Below are positions 49,509 through 58,113 of a stretch of DNA of 64,000 nt, piece by piece. The notes under the pieces are model-generated. The model saw only the letters and a program-made list of their open reading frames with translations, did not search any database and was not told the DNA's origin. How positions within the stretch are numbered: the stretch's first letter is position 1; each line of letters starts with the position of its first letter. The DNA comes from Candidatus Dormiibacterota bacterium (GTDB lineage Bacteria > Chloroflexota > Dormibacteria > Aeolococcales > Aeolococcaceae): contig DATDID010000049.1 of the NCBI GenBank assembly GCA_036521195.1, positions 10,873 through 74,872 on the forward strand. The letters run 5' to 3'. A program made the translations under genes and the position numbers.

Positions 49509-50843
49509 ATGTACGACGTCATCGTCGTGGGCGGCGGCTCGCCCGGGGAGCACTGCGCCGCAGAACTTGCAGACGGCGGCCTGAAGGTCGCGCTGGTGGA
49601 GCGCGCGCTCGTCGGCGGCGAGTGCTCGTACTGGGCGTGCATCCCGTCGAAAACGCTGCTGCGACCGGGCGAGGCGGTGCACGACGCGCGCGAAGCGCAA
49701 GCCAGCGCTGAGGTCGACGTTGCGGCGGCGCTCGCATGGCGCGACTTCATGGTTGCCGGCTATTCGGACGCCGGTCAGGAGCGGTGGCTGGAAAGCAAGG
49801 GCATCGACCTCATCCGCGGCGCGGGCCGCCTCGCCGGGGTCGGCGTCGTCGAGGTCGACGGTGTTCAGTACAGCGCGACGAACGTCGTGCTTGCGACGGG
49901 TTCCGATCCCGTGATCCCACCGATTCCCGGTCTGTCCGACGTCGGTGGCGTCTGGACCAACCGCGAGGTGACCGGGATGAAGGCGATTCCGCGCCATCTG
50001 CTGGTGCTTGGCGGTGGGCCGGTGGGTGTCGAGATGGCGCAGGCGGTACGTCGGCTCGGCGGGGAGGTGACCCTCGTCGAGGGCGCACCGCACCTGCTGG
50101 CACACGAGCCCGCGCCGCTTGGGGAGGCACTGGCGACGGTGCTCGAGCGCGATGGTGTCGAGCTGTTCCTGGGCCGCAAGGTCACCGCCGTTGGTCGTGA
50201 CGGCGACGACTACGTCCTGACGCTCGACGACGCGCGTGAGCTCCGCGGCGACCGTTTGCTCGTGGCGACCGGCCGGCGGCCGCGCACGGAGGGGATCGGG
50301 CTCGAGACCGTCGGCATCACCGCCGGCAAGCGCGGCGTCCCGGTCGACGCCCATCTGCGTGTTGGGGAGCGACTCTGGGCGATCGGCGATGTCACCGGTG
50401 TTCGGTTGTTGACGCATGTCGGCAAATATCAAGGCGAGGTCGTCGCCGCGAACATCCTCGGCGAACCTCGCGAAGCCAACTACGACGCGATACCGGACGT
50501 CGTGTACACCGATCCGCAGTGCGCCGCGGTGGGCGTGGCAGAAGGGCGTTTCAGCGCAACGACGCCGCTCTCCGAGGTGGCCAAGACCGAGACGTACACG
50601 CGGGCGTACGCCGAATCCCCGGGCTTCCTGACGCTGGTCAGTGACGGCGAACGGCTGACGGGTGCGTCCGCCGTCGGGCCGGAGGCCGGAGAGTGGTTGC
50701 AGCAGGCGACGCTGGCCATACGAGCTCGCGTGCCGATCGACGTGCTTCGAGACACCATCCAGCCGTTCCCGACCTTCTCGGAGATTTTCGTCGCGACACT
50801 CAAGTCGCTTGTCGTGCAGATCCGCGCGGGGGCAACGACCTGA
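49509..50843 (+). CDS. FAD-dependent pyridine nucleotide-disulfide oxidoreductase (class I; lipoamide dehydrogenase/mycothione-reductase-like)
   Basis: FAD motif YDVIVVGGGSPG. Redox-active disulfide GGECSYWACIPSK. NAD(P) motif LLVLGGGPVGVE. C-terminal dimerisation domain. TTG 49497 is an alternative start. Confidence 0.8.
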   Translation: MYDVIVVGGGSPGEHCAAELADGGLKVALVERALVGGECSYWACIPSKTLLRPGEAVHDAREAQASAEVDVAAALAWRDFMVAGYSDAGQERWLESKGIDLIRGAGRLAGVGVVEVDGVQYSATNVVLATGSDPVIPPIPGLSDVGGVWTNREVTGMKAIPRHLLVLGGGPVGVEMAQAVRRLGGEVTLVEGAPHLLAHEPAPLGEALATVLERDGVELFLGRKVTAVGRDGDDYVLTLDDARELRGDRLLVATGRRPRTEGIGLETVGITAGKRGVPVDAHLRVGERLWAIGDVTGVRLLTHVGKYQGEVVAANILGEPREANYDAIPDVVYTDPQCAAVGVAEGRFSATTPLSEVAKTETYTRAYAESPGFLTLVSDGERLTGASAVGPEAGEWLQQATLAIRARVPIDVLRDTIQPFPTFSEIFVATLKSLVVQIRAGATT

Positions 50844-50844
50844 G

Positions 50845-51246
50845 TCAGTGCACCCCGATGAGGAGTGACAGCAGCCAGACGAGCCCGATCAGGCCGAGGA
50901 CCGCGAACGGCACCATCACGAAGACCACGAACGAGAACACCATGCGCTCGTCGGGCATCCGCTCAGGATGGCGCATGCGGGCACGCACGTCCACGCCGTA
51001 CCAGAAGACACCGCCGATGAGAAAGCCGACGAGCAGGAAGAAGATGCCGGCGAAACCGGTGATGATGCCGACGGCGTTCGGAGAGACCGTGAAACGCCAG
51101 GCCGCGCCGCACGCGAGCGCGAGCAGCCCGCAGGAGATGTAGCGCAGCAGGAGAGGGACTGGACGCGGCTCCCTCGGATCCGGGACGCGGCGCGGGCGGG
51201 CCGGCTTGCGAGTCGCCGTCGTTCCGGAGCCGGAGTTCGCGGGCAC
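50845..51246 (-). CDS. hypothetical membrane protein (3-4 TM)
   Basis: 133 aa. Basic Pro-rich N-terminus, then hydrophobic helices. Confidence 0.4.
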   Translation of the reverse strand: MPANSGSGTTATRKPARPRRVPDPREPRPVPLLLRYISCGLLALACGAAWRFTVSPNAVGIITGFAGIFFLLVGFLIGGVFWYGVDVRARMRHPERMPDERMVFSFVVFVMVPFAVLGLIGLVWLLSLLIGVH

Positions 51247-51318
51247 GCGCCGAGTATAGGGAGCCGCTCACTACACTTGGCCACCACGAGCGGCGCGGCA
51301 CGGAGGACTCGCAAGACC

Positions 51319-51777
51319 ATGACTCTCGGGGCTTCCCTGCCCGAATTCGATCTCGAGACGTCGGCCGGCAGCCGCATCACCAACAACGATCTGCGCGGCG
51401 GTCGGACCGTCCTCTACTTCTATCCCAAGGACGACACACCGGGATGCACGCTCGAGGGTCAGGAGTTCACGCGCCTCGCCTCGGCGTTCGCTGACGCGGG
51501 CGTCACGGTCTACGGCATCTCGCCCGACACCCTCAAGAAGCACCAGCGCTTCATCGACAAGTGCGGACTGGGGATTCCCCTGATCAGCGACCCCCACCGG
51601 CTGCTCATCGAGTCGCAGGGATTATGGGTCGAGAAGAAGTTCATGGGCCGCACGTATATGGGGGTCGCACGCACGACGCTGCTGATCGGACCAGACGGTG
51701 CCATCGAGCGCGAATGGAGGGATGTCAAGCCCAGCGGGCACGCGGCCGAAGTCCTGGAGTCCGTCAACGGCCGTTAG
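51319..51777 (+). CDS. bcp: thiol peroxidase Bcp (peroxiredoxin Q)
   Basis: VLYFYPKDDTPGCT contains the peroxidatic Cys. Typical 152 aa length. Confidence 0.85.
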   Translation: MTLGASLPEFDLETSAGSRITNNDLRGGRTVLYFYPKDDTPGCTLEGQEFTRLASAFADAGVTVYGISPDTLKKHQRFIDKCGLGIPLISDPHRLLIESQGLWVEKKFMGRTYMGVARTTLLIGPDGAIEREWRDVKPSGHAAEVLESVNGR

Positions 51778-52762
51778 GCGCGCGATCGCAGGCGAGCGGA
51801 TCGATCTCGCGACGCTGCTGCGGCGGCGGGTCATCTTCGTCGCGGGGAAAGGCGGGACCGGGCGAAGCACGATCACCGCGTCGCTGGCACTGCTTGCCGC
51901 GAAGGCGGGGAAACGAGTCCTCGCGATCGATGTCGATGCCAGCGGCGACCTCGCTGCGGCGCTTGGTTCGCCGCCGTCGGGCTTTGCGCCGCGAGTCGTG
52001 CAGCACAACCTCTCGGTGCTCGAGCTGCGCACCGACGAGTCGTTCCAGGAGTACCTGAGCATCTATTTCAAGGTGCCACGGCTCACGCGGCTGACACCGC
52101 TCGCGCGCGTCTTCGACTTCATCGCGACGGGTGTCCCGGGACCGCGCGACATGCTCGTCGTCGGCAAGATCGCGTACGAGGAGCGTCGCAAAGAGGAATC
52201 CGGCTCGCGGCCGGTCTGGGACCTCATCCTCGTCGACTCGGCCCCGGGTGGGCAGGTCGAGTCGCACCTCGCGTCGGCCCACGCGATGCTGACGCTCGTC
52301 AAAGGCGGCGTGATCCGCGCACAGGTGGAGTGGATCGACGCGCTCATCCGGGACTCGCGCCGCACCACCGTCGTGTTGTGCGCCCTCCCCGAGGAGATGC
52401 CGGTGACCGAGGCGATCGAGCTGCACGAGCGCATGCGAGCTGGGTCGGGCGTAGCGGTCGACGCCTGCATCCTCAATCGCGCTACCACCGAGCCGGTGAC
52501 TCCCGCGCACCGGCGGTTCATGACCGCCCTGCTCAACCCCGAGTACGAGGCCGCGGTCACATCAAGGCTCGGTGGGTCGCCCGCGTTCCTGGAGGCAGGG
52601 CTCGACCTCGAGGCGCGCCTGTATGACACGAGCACCCGATACGCGCGACTCCTGCGCAGCCGCCTGCCGATGCCGGTGCTCTCGGTCCCGGCCATCGTCG
52701 ATCGTCCCGGGCTGACGACGACGCGTGCTGTCGCCGACGCACTCGGGGCCGTCCTGTCGTGA
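51722..52762 (+). CDS. ArsA/Get3-like anion-transporting ATPase family protein (paralogue 1)
   Basis: Deviant Walker A VIFVAGKGGTGRST. ATG 51722 overlaps the bcp 3' end by 56 nt. The start is uncertain. Confidence 0.65.
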   Translation: MSSPAGTRPKSWSPSTAVRRAIAGERIDLATLLRRRVIFVAGKGGTGRSTITASLALLAAKAGKRVLAIDVDASGDLAAALGSPPSGFAPRVVQHNLSVLELRTDESFQEYLSIYFKVPRLTRLTPLARVFDFIATGVPGPRDMLVVGKIAYEERRKEESGSRPVWDLILVDSAPGGQVESHLASAHAMLTLVKGGVIRAQVEWIDALIRDSRRTTVVLCALPEEMPVTEAIELHERMRAGSGVAVDACILNRATTEPVTPAHRRFMTALLNPEYEAAVTSRLGGSPAFLEAGLDLEARLYDTSTRYARLLRSRLPMPVLSVPAIVDRPGLTTTRAVADALGAVLS

Positions 52763-53955
52763 CCGCCGGCGAGCGCGTCCCGGAGCGACGGCGGAGTCCA
52801 CGCGAGAAGGCAGGGGACCTCGGCGCACGGCTCGGATCGCTCGATGTCGTCGTCTGCGCCGGCAGCGGCGGTGTCGGCAAGACAACGGTGAGCGCGGCGC
52901 TCGGCATGGCGATCGCTGCCGCGGAGGACAAGCGCGTGCTCGTGCTCACGGTCGACCCCGCGCGGAGGCTTGCGACTGCGCTCGGCATCAAGGGCATCGG
53001 CGCCGAGCCTGTTCGCGTCCCGAAGCCACGTCTCAAGCGCGCCGGCATCACGATCAAGGGCGATCTCGAGGCGGCGATGCTCGACATGAAGCAGGCGTGG
53101 GACCGGATGATCGAGCGCTACTCGCCGGACCGTGCCACCGCGCAGCGAATCCTGCGCAACCCGCTGTATCAGCGCATCACCGACTCGTTCGTCGGCTCGC
53201 ACGAGTACGCGGCGATCGAGGCGCTGTACGAGTTGCATGACGCCGGTGAGTACGACTGCATCGTCGTCGACACGCCGCCGTCGCGCAGCGCGCTCGACTT
53301 CCTCGAGGCGCCGACGCGGCTCACCGACTTCGTCGGATCGCGCCTGCTCTCGCTGCTGTCGGGCTCGTCCTCGCGTTTCGGATTCCGTGCGATGAACTTT
53401 GCGGCGACACCGTTTTTGCGTCTCGCCGACCGGCTGCTCGGCGCCGAGGTGCTGAAGGAGGTGTCGGAGTTCGTGCAGCAGTTGCAACTGCTGTACGGCG
53501 GCGTCCAGGAGCGCGCGCGATCGGTGTCAAAATTGCTGCGCAGCCCGGAGACGGGCTTCGTCGTGGTGACGACTCTCGAGCACGGCCCCTTTGGCGAGGC
53601 CGAGTTCTTCTGCACGAAGCTCCGCGAGTTCAAGATGCCGCTGCGCGCGATCGTCGTCAACCGCGTGCTCCCCGAGACGTTTCGCGATGCGGGAGCCGTC
53701 GCCGCGGCGACCACGCTTGTCGAGGATACGAAGGTTGCGTCATGGCTGAGCACCGAGCTGCACGCACGGATCGCGGCCGACACCGCGCGCTTCACGGGGG
53801 AGACGTTCCTGCGCCGTAACGCGCTGGCGCAGCGCGAGGCGCGTCAGCTGCTGCGTCTGAACCGGATCGGCGACGTGCCGGTCGTTCGCGTCCCGCTGTT
53901 CAGCGAGGAGGTGTCGGAGCTCGAGGGGTTGGTGCGTATCGCGCGCGTGCTCTGA
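52759..53955 (+). CDS. ArsA/Get3-like anion-transporting ATPase family protein (paralogue 2)
   Basis: Walker A VVVCAGSGGVGKTTVSAAL. The DTPP switch (CIVVDTPPS). GTGA overlap with paralogue 1. Confidence 0.7.
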   Translation: MTAGERVPERRRSPREKAGDLGARLGSLDVVVCAGSGGVGKTTVSAALGMAIAAAEDKRVLVLTVDPARRLATALGIKGIGAEPVRVPKPRLKRAGITIKGDLEAAMLDMKQAWDRMIERYSPDRATAQRILRNPLYQRITDSFVGSHEYAAIEALYELHDAGEYDCIVVDTPPSRSALDFLEAPTRLTDFVGSRLLSLLSGSSSRFGFRAMNFAATPFLRLADRLLGAEVLKEVSEFVQQLQLLYGGVQERARSVSKLLRSPETGFVVVTTLEHGPFGEAEFFCTKLREFKMPLRAIVVNRVLPETFRDAGAVAAATTLVEDTKVASWLSTELHARIAADTARFTGETFLRRNALAQREARQLLRLNRIGDVPVVRVPLFSEEVSELEGLVRIARVL

Positions 53956-53960
53956 GCGGA

Positions 53961-56816
53961 TCAGCCTTGCGAGGAGAGCAGGCGCATCCTCGCGCTGTGC
54001 CGCCCGACGGCGGTCGACGTGCCGTCAAGCTCGACCGAGACCGGGTCATCGAGGCGGATCACCGCGCAGTCGCCGACCGTCACGCGCGACACGGCCTCGA
54101 TCATCGCCGGGTCGGCGGTACTGATGAGCACCTGGTGTGTTGCTGACACATCGTGCAGAAACTCGATGAACAGATCGCGGCGTGCGGGATCCGACGTGAG
54201 CAGCGGCTCGTCGAGCAGCAGCGGCGCGCGCTCGCCGGCGCCGCCGAGTACCTCGCACAGTGAGAGCCGGAGCAGCAGCGCCACCTGATCGCGCGTGCCG
54301 TGCGACACGGCGTCGAGCGGGACCATGTCGGGACGCGTTCGTCCGAGCAGCCCCAGCGCGAAGTGGTCGGTGTCGACGTTCACGTCCGTGTAGCGCGCGC
54401 CGGTCAGCAGGCTGAGCCGGTTGCCGAGCGACTCTGCGAGGCGCGGCGCAAGCTCGCGATGCGTCACACGCGACGCCGCCTCGATCATCTCGGCTGCCAG
54501 ACGCAATGCTTTGAGCTGACGCAGGCCGCGCTCGCGCGCCGCGGCGCAGCTGTCGCGTTCATCCTCGAGGTCCGCGATCACCGGCAGCGTGTCGAGGACG
54601 CCACCGAGCCGCGCGCGCAGTTCGCGCGCCTGATCGCTCGCAGACGACGCGGCGCGCCGGGCGCGTTCGGCCTCGACGTCGAGGTGCTGGAGCGATGCCG
54701 CATCAGGCGGCGTTGACGCCAGTGCGGCTTCGGGATCGCCACCACGCTGACGCAGCTGATCGGCAAGGTCGAGCTCGAGGCTCTCGAGAGCGGCGCCGTC
54801 GCCGCCGAGCGAGCGCGCGGAACGTTGCAGGTCGGCAAGCCGGCGCCTGGCCTCGTCATGTCCCCGGCGTGCCTCGCACGCGTGACGGAACTCCTCGACC
54901 GCGACTGCGAGGTCGCCCGAGACCGGTGTTTCGGACTTGCCGAGCATCGTGCGCAGCCGCGACTCGAGGTTGGCGACGTTCTTTGCGCAGCGGTCGACGT
55001 CCTCGCGCAACTGGCCGCTCGCGGCATCGTCTGCGGCAAGCACCGCATCTTCCGCGAGCAGCTCCTCGCGCCGGCGTGCTCGTAGCACCGTGGCGTCGAC
55101 GCGGTCGAGGATCGCGCCCGCGAGCAGCAGCGCGGCGTCGACCGTCGGGGGTTGGCGGGGGAGCGGTTGCGCCACCCCGGCCTCGACGGCGAGCGTTTGG
55201 CATCGAACGAGCAGCGATGCAAGCGCTGCCTGCGCCGCCTCGGCATCCGCGCGTCGCTGCGACGTGCGGAGCTCGGTGTCGTCGAGCGCGGCATGGAGTG
55301 CGCGCAGCACCGGCAGGCGTCCTGCGAGCCGCTCGACGTCGGCCGGATCGGCGCCGGCTTCGAGTGCGAGCTGTCGCGCCGTCGCGCGTGCCTCGGCGGC
55401 TGAGCGGGAACGGATCCACGATCGCCATGCGCACGCGCCGGCCGCAACCGTCCCCAGGAGAAGCACGATGGCTGTGGCCGTGTCTGCGTGCCGGCGCGAG
55501 AGCACGAGTGCAGCAACAATCGTGACCAGCGCGATGGCCGCCGCGGCGACGCCAAAACGCAGACCGCCGCGCCCGGCTTCCTCGAGCTGCGGCAGCAGAT
55601 CGTCGATAACGCGCGCGGGCAGGCCACGCAATCCTGTGGCCGCGATCTCGCGACGGAGCGCCGCCTCGCGCGCATCATCGCCCGTCTCCCTGTGCACGGT
55701 GCCCGCGGCCGCGAACAGCTCGCCACGCAAGCGCTGCGCGCGTTCGCCGACCTCGATGCCGGGTGCTCCGGTGAGCGTCCCGATAGCGGCGACGCCGCGA
55801 GCGATCTCGTCGCGTCGCGCACGAATCGGACGCAACCGATCGGATGCCGCCTCCCAACGCGAGTGCGCATCGGCCGCCGCGCTTCGTGCCTGGGCGAGCT
55901 CGCCGCCGAGCGCAGTGACCTCTACCTCCCCGTCGATCGGGAACCTCGCGTAGGACGCGGTGGCCTCGAGGGCCGCGGTCTGCAGCTTCGCCTCGCGCAC
56001 CAGGTCGGTGAGTCGAGCGCGGCGATCCGCGGTGTCGGCGAGCCGCGCGGCAAGGCGGGTGCGCTCCGTGTCGATCCAGCGGTCGGTCTCAACCGCGAGC
56101 GCGGCTTCGAGGTCCGCGAGGCGCTGCTGGTCGAGCGCGACCGCCGCCATCCGCGTGCGCGCCTCCTCGAGCATCCGGTCGAGCGCTTTCAGGCGGGCGG
56201 TCGCGACCCCAAGCGGGCTCGTCACGCGGCGCTCGGATCCGACCCGCTCCATGGCATCGCGGAGGCGACCCATCGCCTGAGCGGCGGTCACCCCGCGGCG
56301 GGTGTCGGCGAGCCGTTCGATCGCCTCCTGCAACTGCCCCGCTCGCTGTCGCGCGCTTTCGGGTGCGTCGATGCGGAGCCCGTCGTCACCCAGCCATGCG
56401 GTGGCGCAGAAGACCGCCTCGTCGATGCCGAGGTGGAACCGTCCGGGTGTCACGGCCCGTCCGCTGCGCAGCTCGTCGGTGAGCTCGGATCCGCCGAGCT
56501 CGAGCACCTGCACCGACTGCTCACGTGTATCCAGCCGCCGGGCCACCCGGATGCGCCGGCCGTCATCGAGCTTGTACGTCAGCGCCAGGCCGTACCCGCC
56601 GCGCGTCCAGGGTTCGTACCGGGCCCAGTCGCTGCGCTCGACCGGACGTCCCTGGCCGCCGGCGTCGATGCCGTACAGCGCGGCGCGCACGGCACGGAGC
56701 AACGTCGACTTACCGGACTCGTTGCGCCCGGCGATGACCGTGACCCGTGGATGGAGATCCTCGGACAGGTCGTGCAGCGACCCGAAACCCGTGATCTCGA
56801 GACGCTCGAGGATCAT
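53961..56816 (-). CDS. SbcC/Rad50-like AAA ATPase with central transmembrane hairpin (YhaN / Rv1278-like)
   Basis: N-terminal Walker A GRNESGKST. A long Ala/Arg/Glu/Leu coiled-coil. Two central hydrophobic helices (FGVAAAAIALVTIVAALVL; AIVLLLGTVAAGACAW). C-terminal LLLDEP Walker B/D-loop. Confidence 0.65.
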   Translation of the reverse strand: MILERLEITGFGSLHDLSEDLHPRVTVIAGRNESGKSTLLRAVRAALYGIDAGGQGRPVERSDWARYEPWTRGGYGLALTYKLDDGRRIRVARRLDTREQSVQVLELGGSELTDELRSGRAVTPGRFHLGIDEAVFCATAWLGDDGLRIDAPESARQRAGQLQEAIERLADTRRGVTAAQAMGRLRDAMERVGSERRVTSPLGVATARLKALDRMLEEARTRMAAVALDQQRLADLEAALAVETDRWIDTERTRLAARLADTADRRARLTDLVREAKLQTAALEATASYARFPIDGEVEVTALGGELAQARSAAADAHSRWEAASDRLRPIRARRDEIARGVAAIGTLTGAPGIEVGERAQRLRGELFAAAGTVHRETGDDAREAALRREIAATGLRGLPARVIDDLLPQLEEAGRGGLRFGVAAAAIALVTIVAALVLSRRHADTATAIVLLLGTVAAGACAWRSWIRSRSAAEARATARQLALEAGADPADVERLAGRLPVLRALHAALDDTELRTSQRRADAEAAQAALASLLVRCQTLAVEAGVAQPLPRQPPTVDAALLLAGAILDRVDATVLRARRREELLAEDAVLAADDAASGQLREDVDRCAKNVANLESRLRTMLGKSETPVSGDLAVAVEEFRHACEARRGHDEARRRLADLQRSARSLGGDGAALESLELDLADQLRQRGGDPEAALASTPPDAASLQHLDVEAERARRAASSASDQARELRARLGGVLDTLPVIADLEDERDSCAAARERGLRQLKALRLAAEMIEAASRVTHRELAPRLAESLGNRLSLLTGARYTDVNVDTDHFALGLLGRTRPDMVPLDAVSHGTRDQVALLLRLSLCEVLGGAGERAPLLLDEPLLTSDPARRDLFIEFLHDVSATHQVLISTADPAMIEAVSRVTVGDCAVIRLDDPVSVELDGTSTAVGRHSARMRLLSSQG

Positions 56817-57955
56817 CGCAGCCCGATCTCGGCGCCGGACAGCGCCATGAGGCCGTAGCGGAGCGCATCGCCAAGGGCCTCGGCCTCCTCGGGATCAGCC
56901 TCGGCGGCAGCCGTCGCCGTGCGGACGAACGCCCCGCGCGTGCTCTCCTCGGTCAACGCGGCCTCGAGGTCGAAGAGCGGTGTCGTGAGGTCTCGCACCT
57001 TCACCGCCGCGAGGTTGAGCCGCTCGCGGACGGCGAGCTCGACGGTGAAAGCGTCCAGCGAAAGTGAGCAGTCCACGGCGCCGACCAGGTCGACACGGAT
57101 CATCGTTCGCTCTGGGTCCGACAGCCCGGTGGCCGCGCACGTGAGCGTCACTGCCTGAATCACGGATTCGACCGATCCGCAGTCCTCGGAGTCGCACTCC
57201 ACCGTGAAGACGGACCAGCGGTTGGTGTCACGTGCATTGAAGTGGACCTCGCCCCGGCCGTCGATCTCGACGATCACCGGCCCGCGTCCGCCCTCCTCGT
57301 CGAAGCTGAGTGGCTCGGGCGTGCCCGGATAGAGCAGTCCCGTCCGCGTGTCGAGGCGGCGGCGATGGTAGTGGCCGCAGAGCGCCGCCGCGAACCCGGC
57401 CGCGCGGATGCGCTCGGCGTGGAAGGGGCCGTGCACCGACTTACCGTCAGGACGCGACCCCAGCTCGGCGCCGTGGAACAGCGCGAGATGCACGCCCGAC
57501 CGACCGGTCGCGGAGGAATCGGCGAGGGGATCGCCCTGCCACGCCGGCTCCCGATGCGCGAGTCCCCAGACGGTCACTCCGTCGACGAGCTCGACCGGCT
57601 CGAGGTCGGTCGACGGAAAGATCGTCACGTTGGACGGCCACTCGATGCGCCGGTACAGCGAGCCGGGCATGAGCGCATCGTGGTTGCCGGGCGCGATCAG
57701 GATGCGCATCGGTTGCCAGGACGCGAAGGTGTCGGCCAGGAACCGCCCGGTATCGACGCCTGCGCGCTCGTGCTCGTAGAGGTCGCCGGCAATGGTCACG
57801 GCCGCGCAGTCCTCTTCGGCGGCGAGGCGGCCCGCGGCCGTGAGTGCCTCGCGAAGGCTCTGACGCCGGCGTCGTGCAAGGTCGCCCTGGCAGCCCATCG
57901 AGGCGAATGCCCGGTCGAGGTGCAGATCGGAAAGGTGGAGAAGACGAATGGTCAT
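56813..57955 (-). CDS. SbcD/Mre11-like metallophosphoesterase
   Basis: LLHLSDLHLD, GDLYEH, and GNHD metallophosphatase motifs. Stop overlaps the sbcC-like start. Confidence 0.7.
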   Translation of the reverse strand: MTIRLLHLSDLHLDRAFASMGCQGDLARRRRQSLREALTAAGRLAAEEDCAAVTIAGDLYEHERAGVDTGRFLADTFASWQPMRILIAPGNHDALMPGSLYRRIEWPSNVTIFPSTDLEPVELVDGVTVWGLAHREPAWQGDPLADSSATGRSGVHLALFHGAELGSRPDGKSVHGPFHAERIRAAGFAAALCGHYHRRRLDTRTGLLYPGTPEPLSFDEEGGRGPVIVEIDGRGEVHFNARDTNRWSVFTVECDSEDCGSVESVIQAVTLTCAATGLSDPERTMIRVDLVGAVDCSLSLDAFTVELAVRERLNLAAVKVRDLTTPLFDLEAALTEESTRGAFVRTATAAAEADPEEAEALGDALRYGLMALSGAEIGLR

Positions 57956-58113
57956 GCGTTGCTCAGATGAACCGCGACCGGGCGAACGTCAGTTCGTTGA
58001 GCGTAGCACACGACTATTCACCGCATCTCTGCCACAATTCGATTGGGAGTCAGGACGGTTCGGCGGGGTCGAGAGCCCCGGGACACGTTCTTTTTCAGAG
58101 GGATTGGGGATAG

